The notes under the pieces are model-generated. The model saw only the letters and a program-made list of their open reading frames with translations. It did not search any database and had not been told where the DNA came from. Positions 62,013 to 64,000 of a DNA stretch of 64,000 nucleotides are shown here, one piece after another (within the stretch, counting starts at the first letter, position 1; each line of letters begins with the position of its first letter). The stretch covers positions 49,912,001 to 49,976,000 of the forward strand of contig CM059432.1 of NCBI GenBank assembly GCA_030390025.1, given 5' to 3'. A program made the translations under genes and the position numbers. This stretch comes from Squalus acanthias. Lineage: Eukaryota.

Positions 62013-64000
62013 GGCCCCAATATTAATATGAAGGCAGCCTCCGAGCTGGGGAGGGGGGTGAGGTGGAATTGCATGGGGGAAACCCGGAAGTCAACTGAGC
62101 GGGTCGGAATCTTCCATTGCAACTCAATTGTACCAATTCATTTTGACTTCTGGGTTACATGTCTATAAGCTGCGCAGTGGGTGTGAGACACACCCGCATG
62201 AACGATCTCAGCTGTATTGAAAGGGACAATGCACAAATGTAAATTGGTTGTGTTAACGATGGATGCTGGAGATATAGCAAGTGCAACACCCAGATTTAAT
62301 GTCGCCTCACTGGAATTACTGCTGGGTGCAGTCAGGAGGAGAAGGGACATACTTTCCCCCAGCAATGGGAGGCTGAAACCTGCTGCTCTCACCAAGAAGT
62401 TGTGGCTGTATGTAGCTGAGTAGGTGAGCAGAGGGAGCGTTATGCCCAGGTCATGGATGCAATATAGGAAGTAGTTTAATGACATAACCAAGTCAGGAAA
62501 AGTGAGTACATTTGCTGATTCAACTACATTATGTGCTTTAAGCCCCTGCCTTTTCACTCTATCTTGCTAAGTGTTCTCCATCATATCACTCCTCACACCC
62601 ACTCAACTTTCAGCAGCACCCATCCTACACTTTCGATGCATTTCATCACCTCTACATTTATCCATTCACCGTTGACACTCACCCCAATCCTTATGCAATG
62701 TGATGCATCTGTCTCATAGTCACCCTCACCGAATCCATCGGATGAATACATGACCTTCACTCACTCACAGGTCCGTTTTTTCACTCCTTTTAGGAGAAGA
62801 GAGTGCAAAACGCAAGGGAGAGGGACAGGACTGGAGGTGGGCTGCCACAAATGGTCCAGCTCACTGATGCAGAGAAGGACATCCTGGAGATTATTGGCAC
62901 ATCTACGTCCCTCTCAGTTGGAGATAGAGAGACAGGGAGTTCACAGATAGCTGGTGACAGAATTACAAATCTCTCTGACACACATATGATGACTTTATTT
63001 CATCAATGACTAAACTATGAGAAGACTGAATGTGGTGATTGTCAAGATTGTGAGTTTGCTACAACTAAATCATATCCCTTCCTTTTGTCTTCCAAGGTTT
63101 TTACCCGTACAGCAAGCATCGCAGTACATCCATGAGGACCATTCCTCAGAGGACCTCATTCTTTCTGAGGGTGCATTGTGACAGGACACACAGTTATGCA
63201 TCAGCTCAGATAGTTGCACTTTGGTGGGTCCCCTTAGACTGTTATTTGTGTTTTCACCTGGTGATTCACACCTCACAAGTGAGCATGAGTAGACACTGGT
63301 GACAGGAACAGCTGTGGAGAGTCTGCATCGGGGGATGTAATGCTCTCCAAGCTCTGTTCAGCTGGACACAGATGCTGAACCCCAGGGCCATCATTGAGAA
63401 GGAGAATGCTAGAGCTGCATGAGCAACTTAGCCAGGTACTAGCAGACATGCCAAGCACACTCTCCACAATAGCAGAGAGGATGTGGATTGGTGGTACAGG
63501 AAATTACAAGCATGTCTACCATGGATAGAATGGTCGCCTCCATGGAGCTTCAAACATGGCTCTCACATGAGTCCATGCAGGCTATGAACACGGCCATGCA
63601 GACTTTAATGCCACCTTGTCTGCCACCTTAAACAGGATCACAGATACCTTATCTGTTGCCTTACAATGTGTCACTGATCTCCACCAAGCTGGTCTGCAGC
63701 AGAGTGGCAGGAGTGATGTGGTATTGGCCCAGGCGAGGGATGATGGCAAAAGGGGACATGGAAGTGGGAACTCCACACAAAGTGCTCCCACTTCTCACCC
63801 GTTATCCCCCGCTCAGCCAATACCCGACATGCTGCCTTGTCTCCCGATGGCCGAGTCTGCCCCTGCGCAGGTGCAGGTGGAGCAATCTTTGGCAAGGTCC
63901 ACAGGGGCTCCAAAACCCAGAGGACATAGGCCAAAAGCAGCTCAACAGTCAGGGCAGGGATCTGAGCAGCCTGTCGCTACCTCTGCTGAAGCCACACAGG
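62013..64000 (+). mobile_element. Harbinger end with decayed Myb/SANT gene (exons 62259-62501, 62794-62953, about 63097 onward), running off the window
   Basis: Terminus GGCCCCAATATT. Encodes ATPRFNVASLELLLGAVRRRRDIL...W and NARERDRTGGGLP with in-frame stops. Exon layout matches 38799-40713. Confidence 0.88.

Overview
This is eukaryotic, repeat-dominated non-coding DNA. It is very probably from a cartilaginous fish (shark), inferred from HE1-type V-SINEs, CR1 LINEs with (TTCTTATG)n tails, L2-tailed tRNA SINEs, Penelope-like elements (PLEs) and many PIF/Harbinger transposons. I recognise no intact host protein-coding gene, and there are no prokaryotic features. Nearly all listed ORFs are decayed transposon ORFs or artefacts. 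The most informative structure is a four-layer nest at about 31.45-41.72 kb: an LTR with an 18-bp minisatellite contains a PLE (13-bp TSD), which contains a structurally complete two-gene Harbinger (DDE transposase plus a three-exon Myb/SANT gene, 3-bp TSD), which contains a near-full-length L2. The Harbinger's TSD (GTT) coincides with the predicted cleavage triplet of the PLE's minimal hammerhead ribozyme. The window also holds other hammerhead motifs, two solo LTRs with exact TSDs, a set of Harbinger MITEs with shared termini and varied TSDs, and a CCAAT/X-box/splice-donor cluster followed by exon-like non-coding pieces. I see no convincing evidence for a wholly new biological system. The findings are mostly unusual configurations of known element classes. 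Boundaries of old elements are approximate, and family names come from recognition, not database searches.
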